Source of the DNA: Patescibacteria group bacterium
Lineage (GTDB): Bacteria; Patescibacteriota; Patescibacteriia; Magasanikbacterales; GWA2-37-8
Direction: 5' to 3'
Assembly: GCA_041651015.1 (NCBI GenBank)
Contig: JBAZKA010000003.1
Location: 117,755-181,754, forward strand
Length of the DNA stretch: 64,000 bases
Positions 9,417 to 19,761 of this stretch are shown in pieces. A model generated the notes under the pieces. That model was given only the letters and a program-made list of their open reading frames with translations, did not search any database and was not told the origin of the DNA. Position 1 is the stretch's first letter. Each line of letters starts with the position of its first letter. The translations under genes and the position numbers were made by a program.

Positions 9417-10334
9417 TTACCAGCAAATATTTGTATTCTCACCGATCAACTCCCGTAAATATTTTTCCACATCGTATTGGTCGCCAATTTGATCAATCAA
9501 GCCATTTTCCAAAGCCATTTCCCCCATCATTGTTGAGCCGTCGGCCAAACTTCTTACTTTCGTTTCGTCCATATTTCTGTTCGCCGCAACGAGATCAATA
9601 AAATTTTCATAAGTTATATTTACATCGCGCATCAGCAAAGATTTTTCTTCGGCGGTTAATTTTTTGTCCGAGCTTCCAGTGTCTTTGAATTTCCCGCTAC
9701 TCAACTGATTATATGATAAACCGTTCGCAGTGTTCTGCCCTGCATTGTCCAAATACGACATGGTGGCACCAATACTGCCGACATCGGAATTTTTGGAGGC
9801 GAAAATTCTGTCCGCTCCAGTCGCGGCCATATACGCGGCCGAAGCGCCAGCGTCGCGAAGCAAGGCAACCGTCGGTTTCATTGCTTCTTTCAACGCACGA
9901 GCAATTTCTTCGCCGGCGACTGGCGAACCGCCGTAAGAATCAATTTCCACCAAAATTGCTTTGATATTCGTGTCCTTGTCCGCTTCACGAATTTTTTGCA
10001 CGACACTTTCCGAAGAAAATTCATCAACGGTTATATTTCCGTCCGCGTCGACGTCTTCATTGGGAATGTATGTAAGCACACCACCGTGCATGACAATACC
10101 CGAAACATTACAAATTTGTTCCGGTTGTGCTGAGTTGTAAAATGTTGTAGTATCATAATCCCCTTCGTTCTCGGACGCGGCATAACAAAACAAAATTATT
10201 GCTCCGGCCGAGATCCACATCGTGAGAAAAGAAAGAAATACAAAAATTTTTTTGACTTTTTGTCCGACGGTTTTACAATATTTTTGAAAACTTTCACTTC
10301 CGACCGGTTGGGTGAGGGTTTGCTTGAGGGACAT
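9417..10334 (-). CDS. sppA: Signal peptide peptidase SppA (S49)
   Basis: IDSYGGS, ASAAY, VGSIG, SGKFKD, GLIDQIG; N-terminal TM. Confidence 0.9.
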   Translation of the reverse strand: MSLKQTLTQPVGSESFQKYCKTVGQKVKKIFVFLSFLTMWISAGAIILFCYAASENEGDYDTTTFYNSAQPEQICNVSGIVMHGGVLTYIPNEDVDADGNITVDEFSSESVVQKIREADKDTNIKAILVEIDSYGGSPVAGEEIARALKEAMKPTVALLRDAGASAAYMAATGADRIFASKNSDVGSIGATMSYLDNAGQNTANGLSYNQLSSGKFKDTGSSDKKLTAEEKSLLMRDVNITYENFIDLVAANRNMDETKVRSLADGSTMMGEMALENGLIDQIGDQYDVEKYLRELIGENTNICW

Positions 10335-10488
10335 AATAAGCGAAAATATAATTAATATTATTGTTTAAGTATAACACAAAATTTAAGTTAGGGAAATTAA
10401 AGGATCGAAACTTATTTTTGTTAATTTTTAAGAATATGCTACAATGTATTTTGTGAATGAATTTACTAATTTTTTCGTATTAAAACAT

Positions 10489-11481
10489 ATGAAAAACTCT
10501 GAACAAATGAAATCTCCGTTCACTATATATGTAATAGATTTACTTGACGCGTACCATTATGCAGACATCTTCGAAGACGAAAGATATGCGTTAATCGGCG
10601 ATAATTACACTGACATCCAAGACGCGGTGACTTTGGCTGACCGCCTTTTTTCAGCTCTCAATTATAATAAAAAGACGCTGGCGGAATGGACAGAATTTGA
10701 TGATGGGCACGATGTGAGAATATATGACGTTGACAATCATTGCGTTTATAAGGCGCATGAAAAACTACCAAAAAACAATGCGACCATAACACAAAGACGC
10801 ATAACTCAATCACCAAATTTAAGCGACAATCAGATTGTTGAGTATCTAGAAAAAAATTTTGAAGAAATTATTGCACAATTATCAGAGAATCATTGGGACC
10901 ATTTCAACAAATATTTTATAATTTCCAAAAAATATATAGATAAAGAATTTGATAATAATTTCAAACGAGTCTTCTGTAATTTTTATATCATGGACGGGCC
11001 GCATGGCATGGGCGAAACTCAAAAACATATATTTTTTGATCTACTTTTCAATGAGCAAAATGATATTAACTTGATCCTAAAAATATTATTTGGTATCGTC
11101 GACGGCAATAGACCGAAAAAGTTATATTTAAGTTTTGCGTCTAAGCTAATACACACTCTCGACAACGACAGTCCGATTTATGATAATAATATTTCCGAAA
11201 TTTTAAAGCTGCCCCAACAAACTCATACGGGAACACTCGATGAAAAAATAAATAACCGACTGGAAATCTATGGGGAATTAAGAAATCGTTTTAATATATT
11301 ATTAAATAATGACAAAGTAATTGACTTGCTAATCAAATTTAGAAAAGAATTTCAACAAAAAGCTCTACGAGAGAATTTTAAATGGCAAAATGAGATGTTG
11401 TCGGACGTCAAATTGCTAGACTCGATTTTATGGTCTTTATACCGGCTTATTAAAAAAAATAGGACACATGAGCAACAATGA
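10489..11481 (+). CDS. Hypothetical protein; C-terminal domain with SFASKLIH...PIYD motif (possible HhH/glycosylase-like fold)
   Basis: AT-rich long ORF; start placed at MKNSEQ downstream of a TGnTACAAT-like box; fold is inferred from the motif only. Confidence 0.6.
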   Translation: MKNSEQMKSPFTIYVIDLLDAYHYADIFEDERYALIGDNYTDIQDAVTLADRLFSALNYNKKTLAEWTEFDDGHDVRIYDVDNHCVYKAHEKLPKNNATITQRRITQSPNLSDNQIVEYLEKNFEEIIAQLSENHWDHFNKYFIISKKYIDKEFDNNFKRVFCNFYIMDGPHGMGETQKHIFFDLLFNEQNDINLILKILFGIVDGNRPKKLYLSFASKLIHTLDNDSPIYDNNISEILKLPQQTHTGTLDEKINNRLEIYGELRNRFNILLNNDKVIDLLIKFRKEFQQKALRENFKWQNEMLSDVKLLDSILWSLYRLIKKNRTHEQQ

Positions 11482-12430
11482 ATATATTTTAAATCAATAC
11501 AAGGGATGCCTTTCCGGTTTGGCGGTCGGCGATGTTCTTGGTACGCCTTTTGAATTTTGGAAAAAGGAAAATGTCGCTCAGTACCTGAGAGATGATAAGC
11601 TCGTAATCAAGGATTTTTCTTATGGCGACGTAGGCTTCCCCGCGGGATTCTACAGCGATGATACAGCAACGATGATTTGTCTGGCTGAGAGTTTAATTGA
11701 AAAAGACTTTAACATTGACGATCAATTCGAACGGTATAGACAATGGTACCAAAACGGACATGCTACTCCGTTCAAAGATCGTTGTTATGGCATTGGCCAA
11801 CAAACATTAAAATCACTCGCAAAAAAAATCGACTTAAACAAAATGGATGGCACTGACGTCACCGCTGGCGGTAACGGGTGCCTCATGCGATGTGCCCCCA
11901 TTGGACTTTATTACCGGGGAAATTATAAAGACATTAAAGAAAAAAGTCTTCTTTCCAGTTATTTGACACATAATTATAATATCGCCGGATGGGCATGTGT
12001 TGTGCTAAACTCAATAATATCATTGGTTGCTGAGGGAACGCCGAGAAATAACATTTTGCCCGAGATCCAGTCCATTTTTGGAAATACTTTACCGAACGAA
12101 ATACAGGATGTTCTAGACATAAATTACATTTCAATAAACAATTACGAATATCCCGTCAGTGGTTATTCGGTTGATACTCTCCGAATTGCTATTTGGGCGT
12201 GGTTAACTTCTAAGAATTATATTGACGGCATCACAAAAGTCATACTTCTTGGCAATGATACCGATACATTCGCAGCTGTGACGGGAGCTATCGCCGGTTG
12301 TTATTACGGTTATGATTCCATTGCGCGCGAATATGCGGAAAAAGTTATCAATAATGATTATATTGTAAATCTTGCGGAAAAAATTTATAATAAACAGAAT
12401 GCAAATAATTTTAACGTCCCATCACTTTAA
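11468..12430 (+). CDS. ADP-ribosylglycohydrolase (DraG/ARH family)
   Basis: GLAVGDVLG, YSDDT, GNGCLMRCAP, GNDTDTFAAVTGAIAG. Confidence 0.95.
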   Translation: MSNNEYILNQYKGCLSGLAVGDVLGTPFEFWKKENVAQYLRDDKLVIKDFSYGDVGFPAGFYSDDTATMICLAESLIEKDFNIDDQFERYRQWYQNGHATPFKDRCYGIGQQTLKSLAKKIDLNKMDGTDVTAGGNGCLMRCAPIGLYYRGNYKDIKEKSLLSSYLTHNYNIAGWACVVLNSIISLVAEGTPRNNILPEIQSIFGNTLPNEIQDVLDINYISINNYEYPVSGYSVDTLRIAIWAWLTSKNYIDGITKVILLGNDTDTFAAVTGAIAGCYYGYDSIAREYAEKVINNDYIVNLAEKIYNKQNANNFNVPSL

Positions 12431-12465
12431 TCAAATATTTATTACTAATTTCTAATATTTTTTCT

Positions 12466-12732
12466 ATGCCGCTTACCGATGCTGAAAAAAATGAATTAGA
12501 GTATCTTGAAAATCCACAGGTTCAGTTCCTAACACCACCAACCAGTGGCGTGTTTGGCCATTTTATTGTTGGCGATGCACAAAACAAACGCAAAAATCGA
12601 GTTGTCGCGCTTAGAACAAAACTGAGAATGGAAGAATTGGGACTCAATGAACAAAATGATTGGCAAAAATACTACGATATAAAAAGCGAGGAAGAGGATC
12701 GGTTCGATAAAAAATTCGCCAACGATAACTAA
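12466..12732 (+). CDS. Hypothetical protein
   Basis: 88-aa ORF co-oriented with the ARH gene. Confidence 0.55.
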   Translation: MPLTDAEKNELEYLENPQVQFLTPPTSGVFGHFIVGDAQNKRKNRVVALRTKLRMEELGLNEQNDWQKYYDIKSEEEDRFDKKFANDN

Positions 12733-12741
12733 AAAAACTTG

Positions 12742-12781
12742 AAGGGATTCCTCACTCCGCTTCGCTTCGTTCGGAATGACA
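12742..12781 (-). repeat. TGTC-tagged REP-like palindrome
   Basis: aagggattcctc...cggaatgaca, same ends as other copies. Confidence 0.8.
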
Positions 12782-12783
12782 CG

Positions 12784-12996
12784 CTACCGTGTCGCCAAAA
12801 TACTTCGTTTGTAATTATCAATATTTTCCAGAGCCGTGCCCGTGCCTTTGACCGCGCAGAAAATCGGATCCTCGGCCACGTAAGTGGACACACTGGTCGT
12901 CTCGGCAATGAGTTCGCCGAGAGACGCGCCCTTGCCGCCGGCAATGGAGGCGTTGGATTTGGATAATTCGGAAAAATGTTTTAAGAAGTTGGACAT
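12784..12996 (-). pseudogene. Chimeric remnant: PEP synthase N-terminus fused to a duplicated MreB C-terminus
   Basis: MSNFLKHFSELSKSNASIAGGKGASLGE (PpsA/PPDK start motif) then LIAETT...RSILATR, matching the end of 15282-16289. Confidence 0.85.
12791..12922. repeat. 132-bp direct repeat of the mreB 3' end (partner 15289-15420)
   Basis: Manual alignment at offset 2498 with 7 mismatches. Confidence 0.92.
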
Positions 12997-13010
12997 AAAA
13001 ATTAGTAGAA

Positions 13011-14078
13011 TTATTTTCTACATTTCGTGTTATTTTTCACCTTCAAAATTTTTTTCACCTCCCGATCAAAATCAGAAATGTAATTTCGGTCTTGCACCAC
13101 GCGAAATTTTTCATATTCCTCCAATGCCAGGGCTTCAGCCACTTCGTGACTGATTTTACCGACATCAGACAAAATCTGTTTTTCATTAAATTTTAAGAAA
13201 GCGTCTAATTTCAAAACCCAATCCTTCATCCGCATTAAAACGCCATTCTTAGCTTGCATTTCCGCATAATCTAAATACATCGTAACGATTCTATTCAAGT
13301 GGTCAAACTCTTGTTCACTCAAATAATTTTTGGCAATCACCACATCAGTTTCTCTAATCCGACCTTTGGGGGAATTTTTCCAAACGGTCAAACCCATATT
13401 CTCTTTGGTGCTATCCACTCGTTCACTAATTATTTCTGCAGCGGTTTTTCCAGTGATGGCAAAATGTAGCTTATTTTGCACCGTGGAAAAAAATTGTTTG
13501 GTTATTATTTCATTCGGATTATAATCAGCGCTACATTCGGCATAAATATCGGTAATTTTTTGATACAGCCGTCGTTCACTGGAACGAATATTTCTAATCC
13601 TTGCCAACTGTTCCTCAAAATAATCTTCCCCGAAAATAGTATTTGGGTTCTTTAATCGTTCATCATCCATCGTGAAACCTTTGATAATGTATTCCTTTAA
13701 TCTAGCCGTTGCCCAAATTCTAAATTGTGTCGCCTGTGCGCTATTGACTCTATATCCGACAGAAAGAATGGCGTCTAGGTTGTAAAATTTTATAGATTGA
13801 TTTTGTGTTTTTCCTGATATGGCTCCATGAATAGTGGTATGTTCCAAAATGGAACTAACCACTTTTTCATCTAATTCTCCACTTTCAAAGATATTTTTTA
13901 GATGCTTAGTGATGGCCGGTCGTTGCACGCCAAATAATAGTGCTATTTTATCCTGTGTCAACCAAATATTTTCATCACGCAAAAATATTTCTACTTTCAC
14001 CTGCCCGTTGGGAGTGGTGTAAAGCAAAAATTCGGTGAAACTATTATGGGTGTTGATTTTTGATTTCTGTTTCGTCAT
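13011..14078 (-). CDS. RhuM-family DNA-binding protein
   Basis: ENIWLTQ, YNLDAILSVGYRVNS, ATQFRIWAT, IRNIRSSERRLYQK, VQNKLHFAITG, AKNYL. Confidence 0.92.
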   Translation of the reverse strand: MTKQKSKINTHNSFTEFLLYTTPNGQVKVEIFLRDENIWLTQDKIALLFGVQRPAITKHLKNIFESGELDEKVVSSILEHTTIHGAISGKTQNQSIKFYNLDAILSVGYRVNSAQATQFRIWATARLKEYIIKGFTMDDERLKNPNTIFGEDYFEEQLARIRNIRSSERRLYQKITDIYAECSADYNPNEIITKQFFSTVQNKLHFAITGKTAAEIISERVDSTKENMGLTVWKNSPKGRIRETDVVIAKNYLSEQEFDHLNRIVTMYLDYAEMQAKNGVLMRMKDWVLKLDAFLKFNEKQILSDVGKISHEVAEALALEEYEKFRVVQDRNYISDFDREVKKILKVKNNTKCRK

Positions 14079-14083
14079 ATTTA

Positions 14084-14602
14084 TTATCTCAAAATCAAAC
14101 CGGTCATTGTTGGTGCAAACATTTTAATCAGTTCCAAAGCGTCTTCGGGTTTAATTTGTCCGCCCGCCGGCAATAATTTTTTCACATTTTCCACGGCCGA
14201 CAAAAACGCGTCATAATTTTTGGCTAAACGTTTTTTGTTTATAGTAAAACCGTCAACGATATGATGACGCAATGTCTTGGTCGCCCATTGGCGGAATTTT
14301 GTACCGGCTTTTGAATTTATCCTATAACCAACAGAAATAATTGCATCTAAATTATAGTGCTTTATTAGATATTTCTTACCGTCTGACGCAGTTACCGAGT
14401 AATCCTCGGTAACTGAATTTTCCTTTAGCTCGTCCTCCTTAAATATTTTTTTCAAATGCAGACTTATATTATCAGTGCTACAATCAAATAATTCAGCCAT
14501 TTGTTTTTGGCTGAGCCAGACGGTCTCATTTACAAGTTTCACTTCCAATCTTGTCTGACCGCTATCGGTTTTATAAATTATGATTTTATTTTTTTCCTCC
14601 AT
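14084..14602 (-). pseudogene. RhuM N-terminal domain protein, probably a truncated RhuM-Fic fusion
   Basis: ETVWLSQKQMAELF, YNLDAIISVGYRINS; ends abruptly after ELIKMFA. Confidence 0.65.
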
Positions 14603-14611
14603 AATAATTGT

Positions 14612-15265
14612 TTATACTTCATTTTTTACAACCCATTCAATATCCTCTTTTGCTTTCGCGATATTTCTCATGCCTTGTCCAACTGGATAATACACCGGAA
14701 AAATTTTAAATATTTGCCCTTTGATTTCCATTATTTCAAACTTTTTTCTGTAATCCGAAACTTTGATGTTCTTGCCTAGTAAAACCGAACTTACTTGATT
14801 ACCAAAAGTTATGATAATTTCCGGTTTAATAATATTTATCTCTTTTTTAAACAAATCCAAATATTCTCTAAATACTTCGTCCTTAAGATGCCTTGCGTCC
14901 GCTTGTGTCGCCTTTGACAAATTGGTTATATACAACGAACAATCTCTGACTTTTAAATAAACTTTATCGGCAAATTCGCGATTCCAATCACACGGTCTTT
15001 TTTCATCAATTTCTTTAAAAAATTTTTCGTCAAAAAAACCGAGTTGAAAAAGCATCTTCCAAACATTCTTGGTGCCTATCCAAGGAGCTTTTAACCCGTT
15101 CCATTTTTTATCGGAAGAAACATTTCTGCCGGTCGGATTCATAAACACCAAACAAATTTTCGGATTATAAATCTCACCGGCACCGCAAACGGCGTCCAAA
15201 CTTTTATCTCCATGTATTAGTTGCAAATTATTAAATTGTTTTATCAAATGTTTAACTTGCAACAT
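14612..15265 (-). CDS. Uracil-DNA glycosylase superfamily protein
   Basis: VFMNPT, YITNLSK, PEIIITFG, PVYYP motifs; start set at MLQVKH. Confidence 0.75.
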   Translation of the reverse strand: MLQVKHLIKQFNNLQLIHGDKSLDAVCGAGEIYNPKICLVFMNPTGRNVSSDKKWNGLKAPWIGTKNVWKMLFQLGFFDEKFFKEIDEKRPCDWNREFADKVYLKVRDCSLYITNLSKATQADARHLKDEVFREYLDLFKKEINIIKPEIIITFGNQVSSVLLGKNIKVSDYRKKFEIMEIKGQIFKIFPVYYPVGQGMRNIAKAKEDIEWVVKNEV

Positions 15266-15281
15266 AGTCAATTTCACAATT

Positions 15282-16289
15282 TTATCTCGTCGCCAAAATA
15301 CTTCGTTTGTAATTATCAATATTTTCCAGAGCCGTGCCCGTGCCTTTGACCGCACAGAAAATCGGGTCTTCGGCCACATAAGTGGACACGCCGGTCGTCT
15401 CGGCAATGAGTTCGGCGAGATTGCGGAGTTGCGCCGACCCGCCGGTCAAAATAATTCCTTTGTCCATCACATCCGCGGACAATTCCGGCGGAGTGTCATG
15501 CAAGACGTCTTTAATCGCTTTCATTAGTAATTCCAAATCATGTTGCAAAGCCTCGGTGACATCATCGGACGTGACCGTCACAATGCGCGGCAAACCGCTG
15601 ACCATATCCTGGCCTTTTATTTCCGCGGATAGCGACTTGCTCATGTACATAGCCGAACCGACTGTGGCTTTAATTTCTTCGGCCGTGTGCACGCCAATGG
15701 CCAAATTATATTTTCGTCTGATAAATTCAGCGATGGCCTGGTCAAATTTATTACCGCCAATGCGCACCGAACCCGAAGCGACAATTCCGCCGAGCGAAAT
15801 CACGGCAATTTCGGACGTGCCTCCGCCGACATCAATCACCATGTGGCCCGAAGCCGCGCCAATCGGAATGTCCGCGCCAATGGCGGCCACGAGCGGAGCT
15901 TTGATCAAATACGCGGCGCGCGCGCCCGCGGCAATGGTCGCATCAATCACGGCCCGACGTTCGGTGGAAGTGATGCCCGAAGGCACGGCCACCATTACTT
16001 CGGGACGGAACAAGTGCACTCCGCCCAAAGCTTTGTTGATAAAATACCGGAGCATGGCTTCGGTGGTTTTATAGTTGGCAATCACGCCTTCTTTGAGCGG
16101 ATGTTCGGCGGAAATGGAATCCGGCGTACGGCCGAGCATATCTTTAGCTTCCAATCCGACCGCCAAAATTTTGCCGTCATTTTTGGAAATAGCCACCACC
16201 GACGGTTCATTAATCACCACGCCCTTTTTCGGGACATACACACGGACGTTGTTCGTTCCCAAATCAATTCCGACTTTTTTGATAAACAT
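15282..16289 (-). CDS. mreB: Rod shape-determining protein MreB/Mbl
   Basis: GIDLGT, NEPSVVA, TSTERRA, DVGGGTSE, LTGGSA. Confidence 0.95.
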   Translation of the reverse strand: MFIKKVGIDLGTNNVRVYVPKKGVVINEPSVVAISKNDGKILAVGLEAKDMLGRTPDSISAEHPLKEGVIANYKTTEAMLRYFINKALGGVHLFRPEVMVAVPSGITSTERRAVIDATIAAGARAAYLIKAPLVAAIGADIPIGAASGHMVIDVGGGTSEIAVISLGGIVASGSVRIGGNKFDQAIAEFIRRKYNLAIGVHTAEEIKATVGSAMYMSKSLSAEIKGQDMVSGLPRIVTVTSDDVTEALQHDLELLMKAIKDVLHDTPPELSADVMDKGIILTGGSAQLRNLAELIAETTGVSTYVAEDPIFCAVKGTGTALENIDNYKRSILATR

Positions 16290-16298
16290 AATTAAAAA

Positions 16299-17789
16299 TT
16301 ATTTAGTTCTGATTTCAAACTCTACATCCGTTTTTAAGGTTGTGGAATAATCATAACGCTTATCATCAAGGCCATTCGCCACTTCTCCGGGCGACGCGTA
16401 TGCCAGTGTATTAGCAAATTCCAAACCCAGTGTCAATCCGACATCATTGGTGCCAAGCTGTTTTTGCACAAGCAAACGATAATCATTCGCAATAATGCGT
16501 TCAGCCACTGTGGGCGCGATATAATATTCAAAGGTAAGTTCTCCGACATTTTGCGGTTCAACCGAAATAAACGCCCCATACCAACGTTTGCCGTTTTCTA
16601 CGCCCGTGTCTGTCTTTAAGGATTTAGCCGTACCGCCGGCGTTGGCTTTAAAAGTTGCGCCGATTAGTTCACTGCCATCGGGCGCATATACCCGCGCGTA
16701 ATCCAAGTATCTGGTGGTACGCCAATTAAACGAACCGGTGTGATTGTATATCATCTTGGCTCGGGCAATATATCGGCCGGCGTCGTTGGCGTAAATATCA
16801 TAATTCAAAACACGGTTAATGGAGGCATCAGTTTTTAACGCGCCCAAATTCGCATCAGCCCAAAGCAAATAGTCATAGTTTACCGAAGCCATCTCGCCGG
16901 CCCAGTTTTTCGCCTCAAAAATTTGCTGGTAATCCTCATTTGGCGAATACATCATGATTTGTTTTTGCGCCAACATTTTTTCAAGAAGAATTTTATAATC
17001 GCTCCAGCTCTTGAAAATGTTTTTCATGGAATTGGTGATGACTTGCTTGGCCAAATCCTTGAGCATGGATTTACGATCGTCAAATGAAACGCCTTTATCC
17101 ACAAAACCATATTCCACTTCATATTCCAATTTTTCGGTAAAATTATCGGCTGTGAATTGCATCCCGCCCACGGTAATCGGACCGGAGATGCGCAACAGCC
17201 CTTCAATCACAGTCGGAGTAAAGCCGACCACGGCGTCAATGTCCGAAGCTTTAACACCGTCTTCTTTGACGTATAAATCCAAAGACTGGGCGGCGGAAAT
17301 TTTAAAATCCGGCGACCAATTGGAATCGCGGAAATACCAACGTTCCAAATCCAAATATTTGCCAATCGGCGCCGGTGGGACTGAAACAAAATCTTTTGGC
17401 GCGTTATTGTCTATGATTTCCGTACCTTCAACTTTGATAATTTCCGGATTGGCCTTGTCCATGGTGACCACCGCATAAGTGCCAATAAACCCCCCGCCCG
17501 GGCGAAGCTCGGTATTGTTCAAAAACAAAATCAAAAAAGTTTGCGGTTCTTCCATGCCAAAAAGTTTTTGCACAAAATTCGCGCCCATCTCGTCGGAAAT
17601 GACGGGAGTGATTGTATCCGCACCGACTTGCGGCGTGGTGGCAAGGGATAGAAAATTTTTGCCGATTTGACCAATGACCGTCTGTTGCAACCCGCCGGAT
17701 TTATACCAAAAATACAAAAACGATCCGCCCGCTACAAGCAAGCAGGCGACCGTGAGCGAAGCGAGTTTTATAAAGCGGCTAAATGTCAT
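16299..17789 (-). CDS. DUF4012 domain membrane-anchored protein
   Basis: LFLNNTELRPGGGFIG, FRDSNWSPDF, YARVYAPDGS; N-terminal TM. Confidence 0.85.
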   Translation of the reverse strand: MTFSRFIKLASLTVACLLVAGGSFLYFWYKSGGLQQTVIGQIGKNFLSLATTPQVGADTITPVISDEMGANFVQKLFGMEEPQTFLILFLNNTELRPGGGFIGTYAVVTMDKANPEIIKVEGTEIIDNNAPKDFVSVPPAPIGKYLDLERWYFRDSNWSPDFKISAAQSLDLYVKEDGVKASDIDAVVGFTPTVIEGLLRISGPITVGGMQFTADNFTEKLEYEVEYGFVDKGVSFDDRKSMLKDLAKQVITNSMKNIFKSWSDYKILLEKMLAQKQIMMYSPNEDYQQIFEAKNWAGEMASVNYDYLLWADANLGALKTDASINRVLNYDIYANDAGRYIARAKMIYNHTGSFNWRTTRYLDYARVYAPDGSELIGATFKANAGGTAKSLKTDTGVENGKRWYGAFISVEPQNVGELTFEYYIAPTVAERIIANDYRLLVQKQLGTNDVGLTLGLEFANTLAYASPGEVANGLDDKRYDYSTTLKTDVEFEIRTK

Positions 17790-17805
17790 ACTAAAATGGT
17801 ATGGA

Positions 17806-19296
17806 TTAAACTGAGATGCGTTTTTTAACCGAGACGTTGAAACCCAGATATTTTCCGAGCGCCAAATGCGTCACCGCGTCAATGCAAGGAATGGCGGAAA
17901 ACATAACCAATGAAACCGGCAAGAGCACCCACTGCGCCAACATAATCAGATATTTATATTTGGGATGGCCCTCCGGACGAATCGGTAAAATCAGCATGCT
18001 GAGCACGGCGGATACGAGCATGCCGAGCATGGCCAGAGCCATCATTAATTCCAAGGCATGAGGCGCGTTAAAAAATAAAGCACTCTGGCGGACAGAATCC
18101 CCTGCCACCCAAAGCGGCAACCGACCCACAAGAGAAATAAGAATGGCCACAATCGCCCAGCTCCATTTGCCTTCCCACTCGTGAAAAATCATGGTTAATT
18201 TTTTAACGCGGGAAATTTCCGGATGTCGTTTCCACTGCCACATCAAAAAAGGAATGTGCTCGGTGCCCCACGCCCACCGGCGCTGTTGTAAATATAAATT
18301 TTGCAGACTCTTGAACATTTTGTCGTCGCGCGCCGTATCCATAGACACGGGGATGTAAAGCGGAGTCACTTCATAATCGCCGCCGTTCGCCAGCCAGCAC
18401 TGATAAAAAATTCTTGAATCCTCGCTGACAATATCTTTGGCATGCCCGCCACAATCCACGATGGCCTGAAAACTCATGCTGTGCGAAGAAAAAGTCACCA
18501 CATTATCCAGCCGCGCCAAAGAAAACATGGTCCAAAAAGTCGTACCAAAAGCCATAATGCGCAAAAATGCCGGTGATTCCCATAAATTATTGTTATAAAG
18601 CGTCACCGGTTGAAACGAGCTATGGCTCGGACGCGGGTGCGAACAGTACATATAATTCAAATGCGCGAAATATTGCGGATGTACAATCGTATCAATATCA
18701 AAAGCTGAGACAATCACATCAATATATTTCCAGCCGCGCGCGTCAATATATTTTTTGAATTCTTTTTCCATCCAATTGAGATGCGCGCCCTTACCCGGAA
18801 TTTCATCTGGCAGATTGGCCGGATGAGTGTAAAAAATCAGATCGGCAAATTTACCGGCGTATAATTTTTCAATTTGCGGACGCAGAGCATCCCAATGATC
18901 TTTTTTTCTCGCTTCACCGGAAATAATTATGTAAAATTTATCCGCCGGATAAGTGGAATTCAAAATGGCGCGCAGAGTCGCTTCCACAACCGGTAAATCT
19001 TCATTATAAAGCGGTAAAAAAATCGCGTTCCTTTTTTCTTGCCACTTCGGAAAATCATTTTTCAATTTTGCGAGCCAGTCAATTTCCAAAGCGCGGCGAA
19101 ACCTAAGCCATGATAATATCACATAAAAAGAAAAATAAATCACGCGCAAAACCCAATACACGTCAAAAACGATGATAAAATAAATCATCCAAAGCGGCTT
19201 CAGGAAAGACAAACCAACCGCCAAAATCAAAGTCAGCCAGATGCTGGCCGCCGGCAAAATTTCATACAAACGGTATTTGTGGTAGTCGGATAACAT
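17806..19296 (-). CDS. Membrane GT2-family processive glycosyltransferase
   Basis: PLYNE, GKG, FDID, SED, QQRRWAWG with flanking TM helices. Confidence 0.88.
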   Translation of the reverse strand: MLSDYHKYRLYEILPAASIWLTLILAVGLSFLKPLWMIYFIIVFDVYWVLRVIYFSFYVILSWLRFRRALEIDWLAKLKNDFPKWQEKRNAIFLPLYNEDLPVVEATLRAILNSTYPADKFYIIISGEARKKDHWDALRPQIEKLYAGKFADLIFYTHPANLPDEIPGKGAHLNWMEKEFKKYIDARGWKYIDVIVSAFDIDTIVHPQYFAHLNYMYCSHPRPSHSSFQPVTLYNNNLWESPAFLRIMAFGTTFWTMFSLARLDNVVTFSSHSMSFQAIVDCGGHAKDIVSEDSRIFYQCWLANGGDYEVTPLYIPVSMDTARDDKMFKSLQNLYLQQRRWAWGTEHIPFLMWQWKRHPEISRVKKLTMIFHEWEGKWSWAIVAILISLVGRLPLWVAGDSVRQSALFFNAPHALELMMALAMLGMLVSAVLSMLILPIRPEGHPKYKYLIMLAQWVLLPVSLVMFSAIPCIDAVTHLALGKYLGFNVSVKKRISV

Positions 19297-19298
19297 CT

Positions 19299-19383
19299 TA
19301 AGTTTGTAAAGTTTATAAAGTTTTTAAAGTTATAAAGTTCAACGTTAGTATCGCCTCGGCGACTTTATAACTTTATGAACTTT
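19299..19383. repeat. TAAAGTT-type short tandem repeats in inverted arrangement
   Basis: (taaagtttr)n 19299-19339 and inverse actttataactttatgaacttt 19362-19383; same motif at 30123-30155. Confidence 0.7.
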
Positions 19384-19760
19384 CAACTGGCGGCTCCGCC
19401 GACATGCGCTTCTCCACTATATTTCGCGCTGATGTAAATTCCCACGCGCTTTTTCCGCAATAATTTTTCCGCCAACTCATAATCCGCCGAATCCACGGAC
19501 ACGACTGGAATTTTCAAAGCAAACCCCAGCGTATTGGCCGTGGTCGTGGCCACGCGCGTCGCCGTAAACCGGCCCAAACCAACCACCACCGCAATACCGG
19601 TTAAATCCGAAATATTCTTTTGATGTTTTTTGAGCGACGTTTCCAAAACCGCGAGCAGGGACTGTTTGGAACTCCTATTCTTAACCGTGATAATTTTTTT
19701 TTGCTCGCGCCAATAAAAAATTATCGCTTCGTCGTTAGAATTATCAATCAACAAAAACAT
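19383..19760 (-). CDS. tsaB: Short TsaB-like protein (t6A biosynthesis)
   Basis: MFLLIDNS, DLTGIAVVVGLGRFTATRV, ANTLGFALKIPV. Confidence 0.75.
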   Translation of the reverse strand: MFLLIDNSNDEAIIFYWREQKKIITVKNRSSKQSLLAVLETSLKKHQKNISDLTGIAVVVGLGRFTATRVATTTANTLGFALKIPVVSVDSADYELAEKLLRKKRVGIYISAKYSGEAHVGGAAS

Positions 19761-19761
19761 A

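Noticed and set aside
15266-15406. N-terminal extension of the UDG-like ORF, and similar extended starts for glyS, dnaX and the GT2 gene
   Set aside because: They overlap the upstream gene in another frame; downstream ATGs fit the family starts.
12791-15420. DGR template/variable repeat pair
   Set aside because: Mismatches are not adenine-specific, both copies are mreB sequence, and no reverse transcriptase is present.
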